A program made the position numbers and the translations under genes. Source: Deltaproteobacteria bacterium (lineage in GTDB: Bacteria; Desulfobacterota; Syntrophia; Syntrophales; Smithellaceae). Taken from it: a stretch of 64,000 bases of DNA. Below the pieces are notes generated by a model. It saw only the letters and a list, made by a program, of their open reading frames with translations, made no database searches and was not told the origin of the DNA. Positions 37,133 through 46,568 of the stretch are shown one piece after another. Each line of letters starts with the position of its first letter. Positions within the stretch are counted from its first letter, which is position 1. The stretch is taken from the NCBI GenBank assembly GCA_025355175.1, contig JANYAF010000175.1, positions 882-64,881 of the forward strand, in the 5' to 3' direction.

Positions 37133-38755
37133 TTACTGCAAAAATCTTTTGTTTAAAAAAACAATGTCGCCATCCCATTGCGATAAGATTTGAGCAGAGT
37201 CGGCATATTCTGCCGGTAAGCGACCAATAGCATCTCTGGCCGCTTCAATACTTGTAAAGCGCTCATCCAGAGCAATCACGAACTGTTTGCCTTCCCGTTT
37301 ATTCCAGAAAGAAAGAAACAGCAGTGCGGGCATATTGACCATATTTTTTTTTTCAATGAATGAATAATAGCTGGTTTCCAGTTCTTTGCCGTTCTTCAGC
37401 GAAACAATGATCGTGTCCTTTTTCATTGGACGGGCGTTCTCCTGTATTGAGGGCACTTGAATCACTGCGCCTGCCCGGATGTAATCAACGTCTTTTATCT
37501 GAGGATTGGCGGCAAGGAATAACTGTTTGATGTCTGCATTGTACTCTCCATAAATAATGTGGAGAACTTGCCAGATGGTCATTCTTTCTTTGAATGCTAT
37601 TTTGCCAAGATAATCAGGTATTTTCTCGGCAGTTTTAATACTATTCACCTTTGCGGAAGGTGCTACTTTCTCGGATGTTTTAACACTGTCCATCTCTGCG
37701 GAAGGTGGTATTTTCTCGGATGTTTTAACACTGTCCATCTCTGCGAGAGGTGGAATAAAAAATTCTTTTTTATGGATGTCCATGCTCGATAAGACGCGCT
37801 GCTTTTGAATCTGATTGCCATGATTCTTTGGTTCATTCAAATAAAAAACAGTGGAAACAAGCAGGCCAGCCAACAACAGGAAGCTCAGCGTCGTCCATGT
37901 GATTCGCCTAAATGTCCGCCCGTTCGCCTTGGTTGCACAGTTTCTCACCAGAAACCAGCCGGCTTTGCTTTTACCACTAATAATCAGCATGAGTAAAACC
38001 TGATGACAAAGCGAAACAACTTTACGAGGATACCCCGCCGTAGCTAAATAGACGGCAAGCATTCCGCCGAATGTTAAAAGAGAATGACGCGCCGGATCCT
38101 GGCTGGCAAAAGAAATCCGATGTTTAATCATCGCCTTCGTTTGCCAAAAAGAAAGCGGTTGAAGATGATATAAGTAGTTGACCCGATCAAGAAGATTAGC
38201 TCTCGCAGCAAGGCTTTTGTGAAATTCCGGCTGAGCGAAAATGACAATTTGCAATAGCTTAAAGCTGTTAGTCTCGTAATTTAAAAATTCCCGGAGGATT
38301 TCCAGACAATCGTCAGGAATTTTTTGTCCTTCGTCAATGATTAGAACGATATTTTTTTGATCTTGCACGCCTTGTTCGAAAAGAAATCTTTTAATTTTCT
38401 CTTTGATTTGCCACTCCTGATCATCGCCGGAAATATCCGAAATCCCCAAAACAGAGGCAACCGCTTTAACAAACGAAAGCCTGCTTTCTGCCGCCGGGTC
38501 TAATAAAAGAAAGGTTTCAATAGTTGATGAATCGCTCTCGACGGGCGCAGATAAATCCTGGATGAATTTGCGGCACAGTGTTGTTTTTCCCGTACCGACT
38601 GCGCCAATTACAACATTCAGACCCCGCCTTAAACGAACCGCCAGTTCGAGCCCTTGCAGGCAGGTCTTATGCTGAGGTGACGTAAAAAGAAACTCCGGTT
38701 CCGGGGAGTTGGAAAAAGGTTCTTTTTTAAATTGAAGAAGATTGAAATATTCCAT
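37133..38755 (-). CDS. ExeA/MshM-family AAA ATPase with TM segment, 15-aa tandem repeats and periplasmic LysM-like and SPOR-like C-terminal region
   Basis: 540 aa. Walker A GAVGTGKTT, Walker B LIIDEGQ, and a TM segment at residues 286-305. The C-terminal part includes IYGEYNADIKQLFLAANPQIKDVDYIRAGAVIQVP. Confidence 0.85.
   Translation of the reverse strand: MEYFNLLQFKKEPFSNSPEPEFLFTSPQHKTCLQGLELAVRLRRGLNVVIGAVGTGKTTLCRKFIQDLSAPVESDSSTIETFLLLDPAAESRLSFVKAVASVLGISDISGDDQEWQIKEKIKRFLFEQGVQDQKNIVLIIDEGQKIPDDCLEILREFLNYETNSFKLLQIVIFAQPEFHKSLAARANLLDRVNYLYHLQPLSFWQTKAMIKHRISFASQDPARHSLLTFGGMLAVYLATAGYPRKVVSLCHQVLLMLIISGKSKAGWFLVRNCATKANGRTFRRITWTTLSFLLLAGLLVSTVFYLNEPKNHGNQIQKQRVLSSMDIHKKEFFIPPLAEMDSVKTSEKIPPSAEMDSVKTSEKVAPSAKVNSIKTAEKIPDYLGKIAFKERMTIWQVLHIIYGEYNADIKQLFLAANPQIKDVDYIRAGAVIQVPSIQENARPMKKDTIIVSLKNGKELETSYYSFIEKKNMVNMPALLFLSFWNKREGKQFVIALDERFTSIEAARDAIGRLPAEYADSAQILSQWDGDIVFLNKRFLQ
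37622..37756 (-). repeat. 3 x 45-nt in-frame tandem repeat inside the ExeA-like gene
   Basis: The units encode IPPLAEMDSVKTSEK, IPPSAEMDSVKTSEK and VAPSAKVNSIKTAEK. The two most similar units differ at 3 of 45 nt. Confidence 0.95.
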
Positions 38756-38828
38756 TTTTCAGACATATCCTTATCAGTTGCTTCAGGTTTGTCTGGATTC
38801 ATCTTTATCCTGAAGATTTGCAGGAAAG

Positions 38829-40352
38829 CTATTTTTCAACGCTGGCTGTCTGCAAAATAGTCGGTGTGATAAAAATCAACACTTCTTCCATTGCATCGCT
38901 CTTGCTGTCCGCTTTAAAAAGATATCCCAAAACAGGAACGTCTTTGAACAACGGCAATCCTTTGTCTCCAAAGGAGTTTGTATTTTTCGTTAAACCGGAA
39001 ATAACGATTGTTTCTCCATCTTTTACAATCAAAACAGTTTGTGTTTGTTTCTTGATGATAAATGGAGTGCCATCCGTAAGTTTATTTACTGGATCCACTT
39101 CGTCTTTTTTTACCAATATTGTCATTTTTAGGTTTTTACCATCAATCACATGCGGTGTAATTTCCAAGCGTAGCACAACGTCTTCAAACTTAATAACTCT
39201 AGTGGGTGGCGTGACGCTCGTATCCAAGGTAGCGTACGGAACTTTGGCGCCATTTTCCGTAAAAGCTTTCTGATTGTCCAATGTGGTTATCGAGGGACTG
39301 GAAAGAATATTTAGTTTGCTGTCACTCTGCAAAGCCTGCAATTGCACCTCTAATAAATTCCCGCCAATCGTTCCGAACAGTAGAGCTAAAGAACCCAGAG
39401 GAGTAGTAGCTCCTCCTAAAGCAGCCGGGAAATTCATCCCTAATCCGCTGCCTCCTAATCCCACAGGAGCACTGCTACCGCCCGTCGCTGTAGCATCGCC
39501 CGTATTATACTTTCCACCCCACAGAATTCCTAAATCGCGGGCAACATTTTTCGATGTTTCTATAATGTTGGCCTTAATTAATATCTGTGGCGTGGGCTTA
39601 TCAATTATTTCAATAATCGGAATCATTCGTGCAAGGTCCTGAGAGTTCGCGGAAATGACCAGCGAATTACTATGTTCATCCCGTGTAACGGACCCACGCG
39701 TTTTACCGTCTTTATCCTTGGTCAGAAAATCTTGCAGCGTCTTTGCGAGTTTCTCGGAATCGGCATAATCAATTTTAACAACCACCGGATTCATCAACGG
39801 TTCGACCCATTGAATATCACGCAGTTGTACTTTTTGCTTTAATTCCTGCTCAATATCTTCAATCGTCATGACCCGAATGATTTTGCCTTCCCACACATAG
39901 GATAAACCATGCGTTTTCAATAATCCGGTAAAGGCCTGATCCCAGGGGACAGAACGAAAATCGACACTGACATCTCCTTTTAAGTCATTTTTGACCAACA
40001 GATTACAATTAACGGACCTAGCCATCGCGCGCAATACAGCCTTGAGGTCTGCCTGACGCATGGTAAGATTAATCGGCTTGGTCGGCAGTTCTTTAGATGT
40101 CTCTTCAATTTTCGCGGATGTTTGCGCTTGTTTGCTTGGTGAAATCATCAAGTCAATCTTTTTGGGCTTGGCTTCAGGAGAATGCCCCGGGGAATTGTCC
40201 GCCATCGTACCCCATTTTTCAAAAAAAGGATCTTTCTTTGTGCTTTGGAGATCCCCCGAACAGCCGGCAAAGACTATCAGCATCAAAAAGCACATCATTA
40301 TTTTATCGATTTTTATATGGCTTGCACTTAGAGTCAAGACAATATCCTCCAT
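38829..40352 (-). CDS. type IV pilus secretin (PilQ/MshL family), probable lipoprotein
   Basis: 507 aa. Lipobox VFAGC, an N0-like domain (INLTMRQADLKAVLRAMA...VPWDQAF), and a C-terminal secretin domain (GLPLFKDVPVLGYLF). Exact start uncertain. Confidence 0.92.
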   Translation of the reverse strand: MEDIVLTLSASHIKIDKIMMCFLMLIVFAGCSGDLQSTKKDPFFEKWGTMADNSPGHSPEAKPKKIDLMISPSKQAQTSAKIEETSKELPTKPINLTMRQADLKAVLRAMARSVNCNLLVKNDLKGDVSVDFRSVPWDQAFTGLLKTHGLSYVWEGKIIRVMTIEDIEQELKQKVQLRDIQWVEPLMNPVVVKIDYADSEKLAKTLQDFLTKDKDGKTRGSVTRDEHSNSLVISANSQDLARMIPIIEIIDKPTPQILIKANIIETSKNVARDLGILWGGKYNTGDATATGGSSAPVGLGGSGLGMNFPAALGGATTPLGSLALLFGTIGGNLLEVQLQALQSDSKLNILSSPSITTLDNQKAFTENGAKVPYATLDTSVTPPTRVIKFEDVVLRLEITPHVIDGKNLKMTILVKKDEVDPVNKLTDGTPFIIKKQTQTVLIVKDGETIVISGLTKNTNSFGDKGLPLFKDVPVLGYLFKADSKSDAMEEVLIFITPTILQTASVEK

Positions 40353-40361
40353 GTCTTAGTT

Positions 40362-40850
40362 TCATTCTTGTATCTGAACATACAATTCACTAAACGTGTT
40401 ACGATTGACAATTAAAACGCGTGAAGGTGATATGCTTTTTAACGAATAACCTTCAATATCAAGGGATTCTCCTGCTTCATATTCCCAACCGTTGATAATT
40501 GCCATCTTTTTAAGACCTGCTTCAATATAACCGGAATAGACAATTTTTGCTGTCACCACGCCACCTGCCTCTTTTCCAATAAATTCACCGTAGGATGTTT
40601 TCTCCCAAAACGGGCTTCTATTCCACTCCGTCTCTGCTCTTGCCGCAACATAGATATCAACGCTGGTTGCTTTAGACTTTGATAAATCGCTGCGGATCAT
40701 GTTGACAAAAGATCCAATTTCAACGGGCTTGGCTTCTATTTTGGTTTTTCCCACCGTCGGCCCGGCAATCAACAGGTCATAGGCCGCATACAGGGCAACC
40801 AAGGCGGTAACCGCCAAAATAATGATTTGTCTTTTATTTAATTTCTTCAT
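40362..40850 (-). CDS. pilus assembly protein, PilP/MshK-like (single TM)
   Basis: 162 aa. N-terminal TM segment. The C-terminus (YSGYIEAGLKKMAIINGWEYEAGESL.IEGYSLKSISPSRVLI) resembles the PilP/GspC HR-domain pattern. Confidence 0.6.
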   Translation of the reverse strand: MKKLNKRQIIILAVTALVALYAAYDLLIAGPTVGKTKIEAKPVEIGSFVNMIRSDLSKSKATSVDIYVAARAETEWNRSPFWEKTSYGEFIGKEAGGVVTAKIVYSGYIEAGLKKMAIINGWEYEAGESLDIEGYSLKSISPSRVLIVNRNTFSELYVQIQE

Positions 40851-40865
40851 TTTTCCCGCGCTCGG

Positions 40866-41408
40866 CTAATGGGCCAGGGCAATCCATATTTTTAATCTAA
40901 ACTCTATGGAATCACTATTTTGCTTTATATTAATTTCCTCAATTTGATCAATATAAGACAAAGCTCCTAATTTTACTAACAGTTTCTGAAAATTGGCAAA
41001 CTCTCCTTTAATCGTCACATTGTAGAGGAGGTTTTGCGATCCACTGGCTATGGTTTTAACATCCGGAATCATAGAAATGGTCATGAGACCGGATTCCCCT
41101 GCCACAACGCGGAAAGTATCCTGGAATTTGTCCACATCCTGCCTGGATAGTCTCGTTTTCGCGGGGTTTGGTAAAGCATGGACTTCTTTTTTCTCCGAGG
41201 CCTTTTGTATTAACAGATAGACCTGACCTAGCTCCTTCTTCTCATTAATTTGATCCTGAATAGTTTTAACATCCTGGGAACGGTTGGAATTGTATTGATA
41301 TAAAGGAATAATGCCCAGCAAAACGACAAGAACGATGATCCCGCCACAGATCAACACATAGCTTAAGCTGTTTGCCGGAATTTTCTGATTGAATTTCTTG
41401 ATCATCAC
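40866..41408 (-). CDS. pilus assembly protein, PilO/MshJ-like
   Basis: 180 aa. N-terminal TM segment, a coiled-coil segment, and a ferredoxin-like C-terminus. The call rests on its position between the PilMN fusion and the PilP-like gene. Confidence 0.6.
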   Translation of the reverse strand: MMIKKFNQKIPANSLSYVLICGGIIVLVVLLGIIPLYQYNSNRSQDVKTIQDQINEKKELGQVYLLIQKASEKKEVHALPNPAKTRLSRQDVDKFQDTFRVVAGESGLMTISMIPDVKTIASGSQNLLYNVTIKGEFANFQKLLVKLGALSYIDQIEEINIKQNSDSIEFRLKIWIALAH

Positions 41409-43315
41409 TACCCTATTTTCGCGTTTATTGTGAACGGAAGAATTTCTTTTTTCTTGAATTTTACTACACTGCTCTTTTGTAATGCTACACCTTGAAGCAG
41501 GGGCGAATTTTCCAGTTTCATGACATATTGTGCTAAAATTGCATCGTATTCGCTTCGGTCGCCCAGAACAACCCCCTCAATAATAACACCTTCGTCTTTT
41601 GCTTTTTGGACTGCGACTGCATCTTTCTTTTGTTCCTGAACCCCTGTGGCCGGAATGACTATTCGGACATTGATCAATCTGATATTTTCAGGTGTCAGAA
41701 ATGACAATTCACTGATGAGCGCCATCCCTTTGTATTTCTGCGAATATTGCTGGTTGAGTTGATGTTTCATTTTCATATTTGCTGCAAGAATAGTAATTTT
41801 ATCTTTAGATAGCATCGGACTGAATAACAATAATTCTTTTTCCAGTTTCTCCTTTTTAACCCCCAAATGATTTATTTCAATCGCCTGAAAAACCAGAATA
41901 GCAAGGCAAATAATCAAAGCGGCCGCAAAAGTCGCAAAGATGCCACGATTGACCATCTTCCTTATGTTCTCCTGTTTTTTTTCCACATAAGTGAAGATGG
42001 CATTCGGTGTGTACTTCCGATCCGATAACGATAACCCAATCACCGGAATCAACGATGCTCTTTTGGCAAGAGACAAAGATGCGCCGAATGCTGATGCATC
42101 CTTTCCCTGAAAAGGATCAAAGAATTCACTTTTGGTGCCAAGTTGTTCACTGATATATTTTAACAGGGAATCATAAAATACATTCATGACCGATGAAATA
42201 TAGACCTTCTCCACTTTTTCATAACCGACTGATGTTGTATAATATTCCAACGTTCTTTCGACTTGACGGATTAACCTCTCCAGCGCAGGCGTGATCATCT
42301 CCAATATTCCGTTTTCAGTCCAATGGACGCCGTCTTCGTCTTTTAACAATTTTCCGGGATCGGCTGAAAGAATATTCAGTGTTTCCTTAACGCGTTCCAT
42401 CTCAGGTCTCTTATCGGGCAAGGCTTCAGCGATGGATTCATCGATTGCCTCCATCATGCTGCTGATACCGGTTTTAATGCCTCGCGTCATCACCAGATTA
42501 TTTTTGCTGAAAATGTCAATCCGCGAAAATTCATTGCCGATGTAGAGGCTGGCAAACGTGGTTTCGCCGACGGCAATCCATTGTGTCCGGAAAATATTTT
42601 GTATGGCAAAAGGTGCAATGGTGATACCGGTGAGATGAATCCCGACAGATGAAAAAATGCTTTTAACTTTCTCTACTTCAACCTTGGGCGCGCTATAAAC
42701 CATTACGGAATATTTTGGGATACCATGATCGGTAATTTTACCCTGCATTTCGTAGTCAAAAATTACGCTTTTTTCATCGATTGGATTTTCTTTTTTTGCG
42801 GTCCAATAGATAACATTTTCCAGCTGTTTCTTAGGAACTATCGGTATTTTAAGATAGTTAATGTTTACTTCCGTGGCATTCATCATCGTCCAGATATCGC
42901 AATCGTCCAGGGAACCGGCAAAAGCCGTAAGCGATGCTTTCAAAAAGTTATTAAATTCAGCGGATTCTTTTGATATTTGATCGCCAATTTTTAATATTTT
43001 TTGATCAACCAGCAGCGGTTTACCATCGAAGCTTTTAGTCATCTTGGCAAAGCTGATGTTGTCCGGGCCGATATCGACACCCACCTTGACGCGGTGTTTA
43101 CCTGTAAATACTCTGGAAAGGTATACAGGAAATTTATCTGAATGCTTTTGTCTGGGAGAAACATCTTCTGCTGCGTCTATTGCTGCAGATGAGGGTTGCT
43201 GAGAACCACGAATGACATTTAGCAACTTTTCGGTGGAATTAATATCGGTCGTCTTTGCCAAAAATCTTCTCCTAAACGAAAAAGGAAATACTTGCCAATA
43301 TTTCTTACTTGTCAC
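41408..43315 (-). CDS. PilM-PilN fusion protein (MshI-like): actin-like ATPase domain, TM segment, PilN-like periplasmic domain
   Basis: 635 aa. PilM-like core (VGVDIGPDNISFAKM...LTGITIAPFA...), a TM segment (IFATFAAALIICLAILVFQAI), then a fimbrial-assembly-like domain. GTG start, and the N-terminal limit is uncertain. Confidence 0.75.
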   Translation of the reverse strand: MTSKKYWQVFPFSFRRRFLAKTTDINSTEKLLNVIRGSQQPSSAAIDAAEDVSPRQKHSDKFPVYLSRVFTGKHRVKVGVDIGPDNISFAKMTKSFDGKPLLVDQKILKIGDQISKESAEFNNFLKASLTAFAGSLDDCDIWTMMNATEVNINYLKIPIVPKKQLENVIYWTAKKENPIDEKSVIFDYEMQGKITDHGIPKYSVMVYSAPKVEVEKVKSIFSSVGIHLTGITIAPFAIQNIFRTQWIAVGETTFASLYIGNEFSRIDIFSKNNLVMTRGIKTGISSMMEAIDESIAEALPDKRPEMERVKETLNILSADPGKLLKDEDGVHWTENGILEMITPALERLIRQVERTLEYYTTSVGYEKVEKVYISSVMNVFYDSLLKYISEQLGTKSEFFDPFQGKDASAFGASLSLAKRASLIPVIGLSLSDRKYTPNAIFTYVEKKQENIRKMVNRGIFATFAAALIICLAILVFQAIEINHLGVKKEKLEKELLLFSPMLSKDKITILAANMKMKHQLNQQYSQKYKGMALISELSFLTPENIRLINVRIVIPATGVQEQKKDAVAVQKAKDEGVIIEGVVLGDRSEYDAILAQYVMKLENSPLLQGVALQKSSVVKFKKKEILPFTINAKIG

Positions 43316-43567
43316 ATAAGACTAAAAATATGCTTACCCGATAATTGCAGGTTTTTCTTTACTGCCGTAATTGTCAACCGTTCATCATTTAATCACTTGG
43401 CATAATCATAACAATTGATTTATTTTATTATGATTATCGGGATTATCATGATTGCCAATATATTTCAATCTTCATAATGCATGTTTTTGAATTAAAAACT
43501 TGAATGCCGGATTAGATTTTGTTAAAAGAAAGCATATGAAAATCAACATTCAAGGTAAATCTATTTC

Positions 43568-44866
43568 ATGGTATTAAAACTCGTCTTCTCTGTTTTTTTT
43601 GTTTTTCTGTCCTTTTCTATTTTTCCGCCATCGGATGTTGTGTCCAGTGGCGGACAAAACCTCGAAAAAATACCGAATTCCATCGTGTCCATCTCTTCCG
43701 GTTATGTGATTGCCGTCGATAAAAAAAATCAGAAACTTTACGTTTTCAAAAAAACCGGGGGTTTTTCCAAGGTGTTCGAGGCCGATTGCGCTACCGGTAA
43801 AAATCAGGGTGGCAAACAGGCGTCCGGAGACGCGAAAACGCCCCATGGGATTTTTTTTGCAACAAGAATACTTCAAAATCCCGGCCCTCCGGAAACATAC
43901 GGCACTTTGGCATTCCCGCTGGATTATCCCACCATTACGGATAAAAAGGCAGGCAGAAACGGAACAAATATCTGGATTCACGGCACCGTTAAACCGCTTG
44001 TGCCTTTTCAATCCAACGGATGTGTTGTCCTGTCTGATAAAGATATTCATGCATTAGCCAAGTTTATTCATATCAATAAAACGCCGATTATCATCGCTGA
44101 AACGATTCAATGGATTCCTCAAAATCAGATAATACCTGCTAGCCATGAACTTGAAAAAATCCTTGCGTCGTGGACCAAGGGGTATATTGAAGGAAACATA
44201 AAAGCGATTGACGCTTTATACCTTGAAGGCAACCAAATTAGAGGTAAAAAAAGAGAAGCGCTCCTGGGCAGGCTGTCAACTATTCGAAATGCCAATCAAC
44301 ACTTTGCTTTAGAACCGAGGGATATTTCCATATTGCAGCAGAATCCCAATGCCGTGATTATGTTTGATCAGATCACCGACATCAACAAGGATAATTCTTT
44401 TGAAGGATCATTTAACAGGCTTTCCCTGGAAAATATTAATAATAAGTGGTTTATTATCGATGATGTGGAATCACCGGCAGCGACCCGAAAAGCCGATAAA
44501 CAGATTGTCTCCGGCCAGGATGCGGGATCAGCATCCAAAGGAGCTGTGAACAACCTGATTACACAATGGGCAAAAAGCTGGAAATCCGGTAATATGAGCG
44601 TTTACCGAACCTTTTATGCTTCCGGTTTCCGTTCTCAAGGCATGAACTTGAATAAGTGGATTAATCATAAGTTTGAAGTGGGCAAACGCAGCAAAAACAT
44701 CGATATCCGTATTGACAACCTGCAGATCTCGGGCGACAATAATCAATCGACCGCGACATTCACACAATATTACAGCTCCAACCTGCTTAAAAGCCAAGGC
44801 CACAAGAAACTGGAGCTCAGAAAAATAAACGGTGAATGGAAAATATCCAGGGAAATAATGCAGTAA
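43568..44866 (+). CDS. L,D-transpeptidase (YkuD domain) with two C-terminal NTF2/SnoaL-like domains
   Basis: 432 aa. Signal/TM N-terminus and catalytic region IWIHGT...SNGCVVL. Two repeated modules begin ILASWTKGYIEGN and LITQWAKSWKSGN. Confidence 0.85.
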   Translation: MVLKLVFSVFFVFLSFSIFPPSDVVSSGGQNLEKIPNSIVSISSGYVIAVDKKNQKLYVFKKTGGFSKVFEADCATGKNQGGKQASGDAKTPHGIFFATRILQNPGPPETYGTLAFPLDYPTITDKKAGRNGTNIWIHGTVKPLVPFQSNGCVVLSDKDIHALAKFIHINKTPIIIAETIQWIPQNQIIPASHELEKILASWTKGYIEGNIKAIDALYLEGNQIRGKKREALLGRLSTIRNANQHFALEPRDISILQQNPNAVIMFDQITDINKDNSFEGSFNRLSLENINNKWFIIDDVESPAATRKADKQIVSGQDAGSASKGAVNNLITQWAKSWKSGNMSVYRTFYASGFRSQGMNLNKWINHKFEVGKRSKNIDIRIDNLQISGDNNQSTATFTQYYSSNLLKSQGHKKLELRKINGEWKISREIMQ

Positions 44867-44965
44867 TAAGTTTACCACAATAAAGCGGCTTCTTTTTTTA
44901 AAAATATCTCCCCTTCAGTGATTGTTTCGGATAAATCAGTGCTTTTAATTTTTTTTAGATGCGAA

Positions 44966-45001
44966 TAAAAAAGGAGTCCCTTTTTAAGAAAGCAAACTCC
45001 T
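44966..45001 (-). terminator. candidate terminator after tRNA-Cys
   Basis: Minus strand: AGGAGT...ACTCCT interrupted hairpin followed by TTTTTTATT. Confidence 0.45.
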
Positions 45002-45010
45002 GAATGATAC

Positions 45011-45086
45011 TGGAGGCGGCAATCAGATTCGAACTGATGAATAACGGTTTTGCAGACCGCTGCCTTAGCCACTTGGCTATGCCGCC
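45011..45086 (-). tRNA. tRNA-Cys (anticodon GCA)
   Basis: Hand fold: acceptor GGCGGCA/TGCCGCC, anticodon loop CTGCAAA, T-loop TTCGAAT, CCA. Confidence 0.88.
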
Positions 45087-45095
45087 ATAAAAGAA

Positions 45096-45170
45096 TGGAG
45101 CGGGCGAACGGATTTGAACCGTCGACGTCTACCTTGGCAAGGTAGCACTCTACCACTGAGTTACGCCCGC
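45096..45170 (-). tRNA. tRNA-Gly (anticodon GCC)
   Basis: Hand fold: acceptor GCGGGCG/CGCCCGC, anticodon stem CTACC/GGTAG, loop TTGCCAA, T-loop TTCAAAT, CCA. Confidence 0.92.
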
Positions 45171-45188
45171 TCACTAGGAACGCGCGTG

Positions 45189-45216
45189 AATATAACAAAT
45201 AGACTCCTCTTGTCAA
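45189..45216 (-). promoter_or_regulatory. candidate sigma70 promoter for the tRNA-Gly/tRNA-Cys unit
   Basis: Minus strand: TTGACA, 16-nt spacer, TATATT. The -10 box ends about 18 nt upstream of the tRNA-Gly 5' end. Confidence 0.5.
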
Positions 45217-45300
45217 CAGAAAAATGAACAAACCGTGACGATTATTTTTTTAATATCTCCGTCGCACTCAAGGGAATCAAATTTGTAAATTCTGAGGATA

Positions 45301-45861
45301 TCAGGTCATGCCTGCTCCCCTGTAAAATTTAATAAAGTAATCCATGCCTGAATAAATCGTCAGCAAAAGAGCAACATAAAGAACAATCGTTCCCACGAAA
45401 TGCGCGTCCAACCCAAGAAAAGGATAATGTATCATCAGAGCCGTCACGGCAAAGATTTGTGCCAATGTTTTTTGCTTTCCTATCAAACTGGCCTGAATAT
45501 AAATTCCTTCCGAGGATGCGATGCTGCGGATGCTGTCGACAATCAAATCCCGCATGATGATAATAACAACAATCCAAGCGTCGATCCGGCCGATGGGGAT
45601 CATCAGAATCATGGCCGAATTAACGATCAGTTTATCGGCCAGCGGATCCAGAAACTTACCCATCGTGGTGATCATGTTGTATTTACGCGCGATAAAACCG
45701 TCCAGGAAATCCGTAATGGAGGCCAATACAAACAATGCCGCGAGCACCAGAGACCAGAAAGGGCCGGGCGACATCAGCAAAAAAAACAAAAAAGGCACCA
45801 CACTGATGCGCGCCAGTGTTATGCTGTTGGGCAGGTTAAATATCTCACGTCTTTTACTCAT
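45301..45861 (-). CDS. pgsA: CDP-diacylglycerol--glycerol-3-phosphate 3-phosphatidyltransferase
   Basis: 186 aa. CDP-alcohol phosphotransferase motif DGFIARK...G.FLDPLADK. Confidence 0.93.
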   Translation of the reverse strand: MSKRREIFNLPNSITLARISVVPFLFFLLMSPGPFWSLVLAALFVLASITDFLDGFIARKYNMITTMGKFLDPLADKLIVNSAMILMIPIGRIDAWIVVIIIMRDLIVDSIRSIASSEGIYIQASLIGKQKTLAQIFAVTALMIHYPFLGLDAHFVGTIVLYVALLLTIYSGMDYFIKFYRGAGMT

Positions 45862-45912
45862 TCTTATAATAGCCAGTCTACCGATAAAATTTTGGAAATA
45901 ATGAAATCGTAT

Positions 45913-46560
45913 TTATTTTTTCGGCACTTTTTTCCAGTCTTCCAGAAACAATGCGATGCCTTTCTCCGTCAGAGGATGCTGCGCCAACTGCACGATGATT
46001 TTAAAAGGAATCGTGGCGATATCTGCGCCCATTAAAGCGGCATCCAGAACGTGTTTGGGATGCCGGATGCTGGCCACAATCACTTCAGTATCATATTCAT
46101 AGTTGTCGTAAATATCCAGGATCTGCTGGGTCAGTTCCATGCCGTCGTGAGCAATATCATCCAGGCGCCCCACAAACGGACTAACGTAAACCGCTCCGGC
46201 TTTGGCGGCCATCAAGGCCTGAAGCGGCGAGAAAATCAATGTCTGATTGACGTCGATGTCTTCAGCGGCAAACATCCTTGTTGCCTTAAGACCTTCTGTC
46301 GTCATCGGGATTTTAATCACGACCTGGTCTCCCAGGCGGGCCAGTTTTTTGCCTTCGGTAAACATGCTTTTTGCATCCAGGCTGACAACTTCCAAGCTGA
46401 CCGGCCCATCCACAATTTCCAGAATTTCTTTGACGACGAAATCAAAGCCTCTTTTTTCTTTGGCAATCAGCGATGGATTTGTCGTGACACCGTCCACCAT
46501 CCCCAGCACCAGTCCTTCCTTTATTTCCGCAAGATTTGCCGTATCGATAAAAAACTTCAT
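45913..46560 (-). CDS. tal: transaldolase / fructose-6-phosphate aldolase (TalC/MipB short type)
   Basis: 215 aa. [15 protein letters not shown]...GVTTNPSL and Schiff-base context VIKIPMT. Confidence 0.93.
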   Translation of the reverse strand: MKFFIDTANLAEIKEGLVLGMVDGVTTNPSLIAKEKRGFDFVVKEILEIVDGPVSLEVVSLDAKSMFTEGKKLARLGDQVVIKIPMTTEGLKATRMFAAEDIDVNQTLIFSPLQALMAAKAGAVYVSPFVGRLDDIAHDGMELTQQILDIYDNYEYDTEVIVASIRHPKHVLDAALMGADIATIPFKIIVQLAQHPLTEKGIALFLEDWKKVPKK

Positions 46561-46568
46561 AATCCCCC

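Noticed and set aside
37622-37756. Tandem repeats as a possible CRISPR or minisatellite locus
   Set aside because: There are only three units and they are contiguous with no spacers. They are in frame inside a well-supported ORF, so this is a coding repeat.
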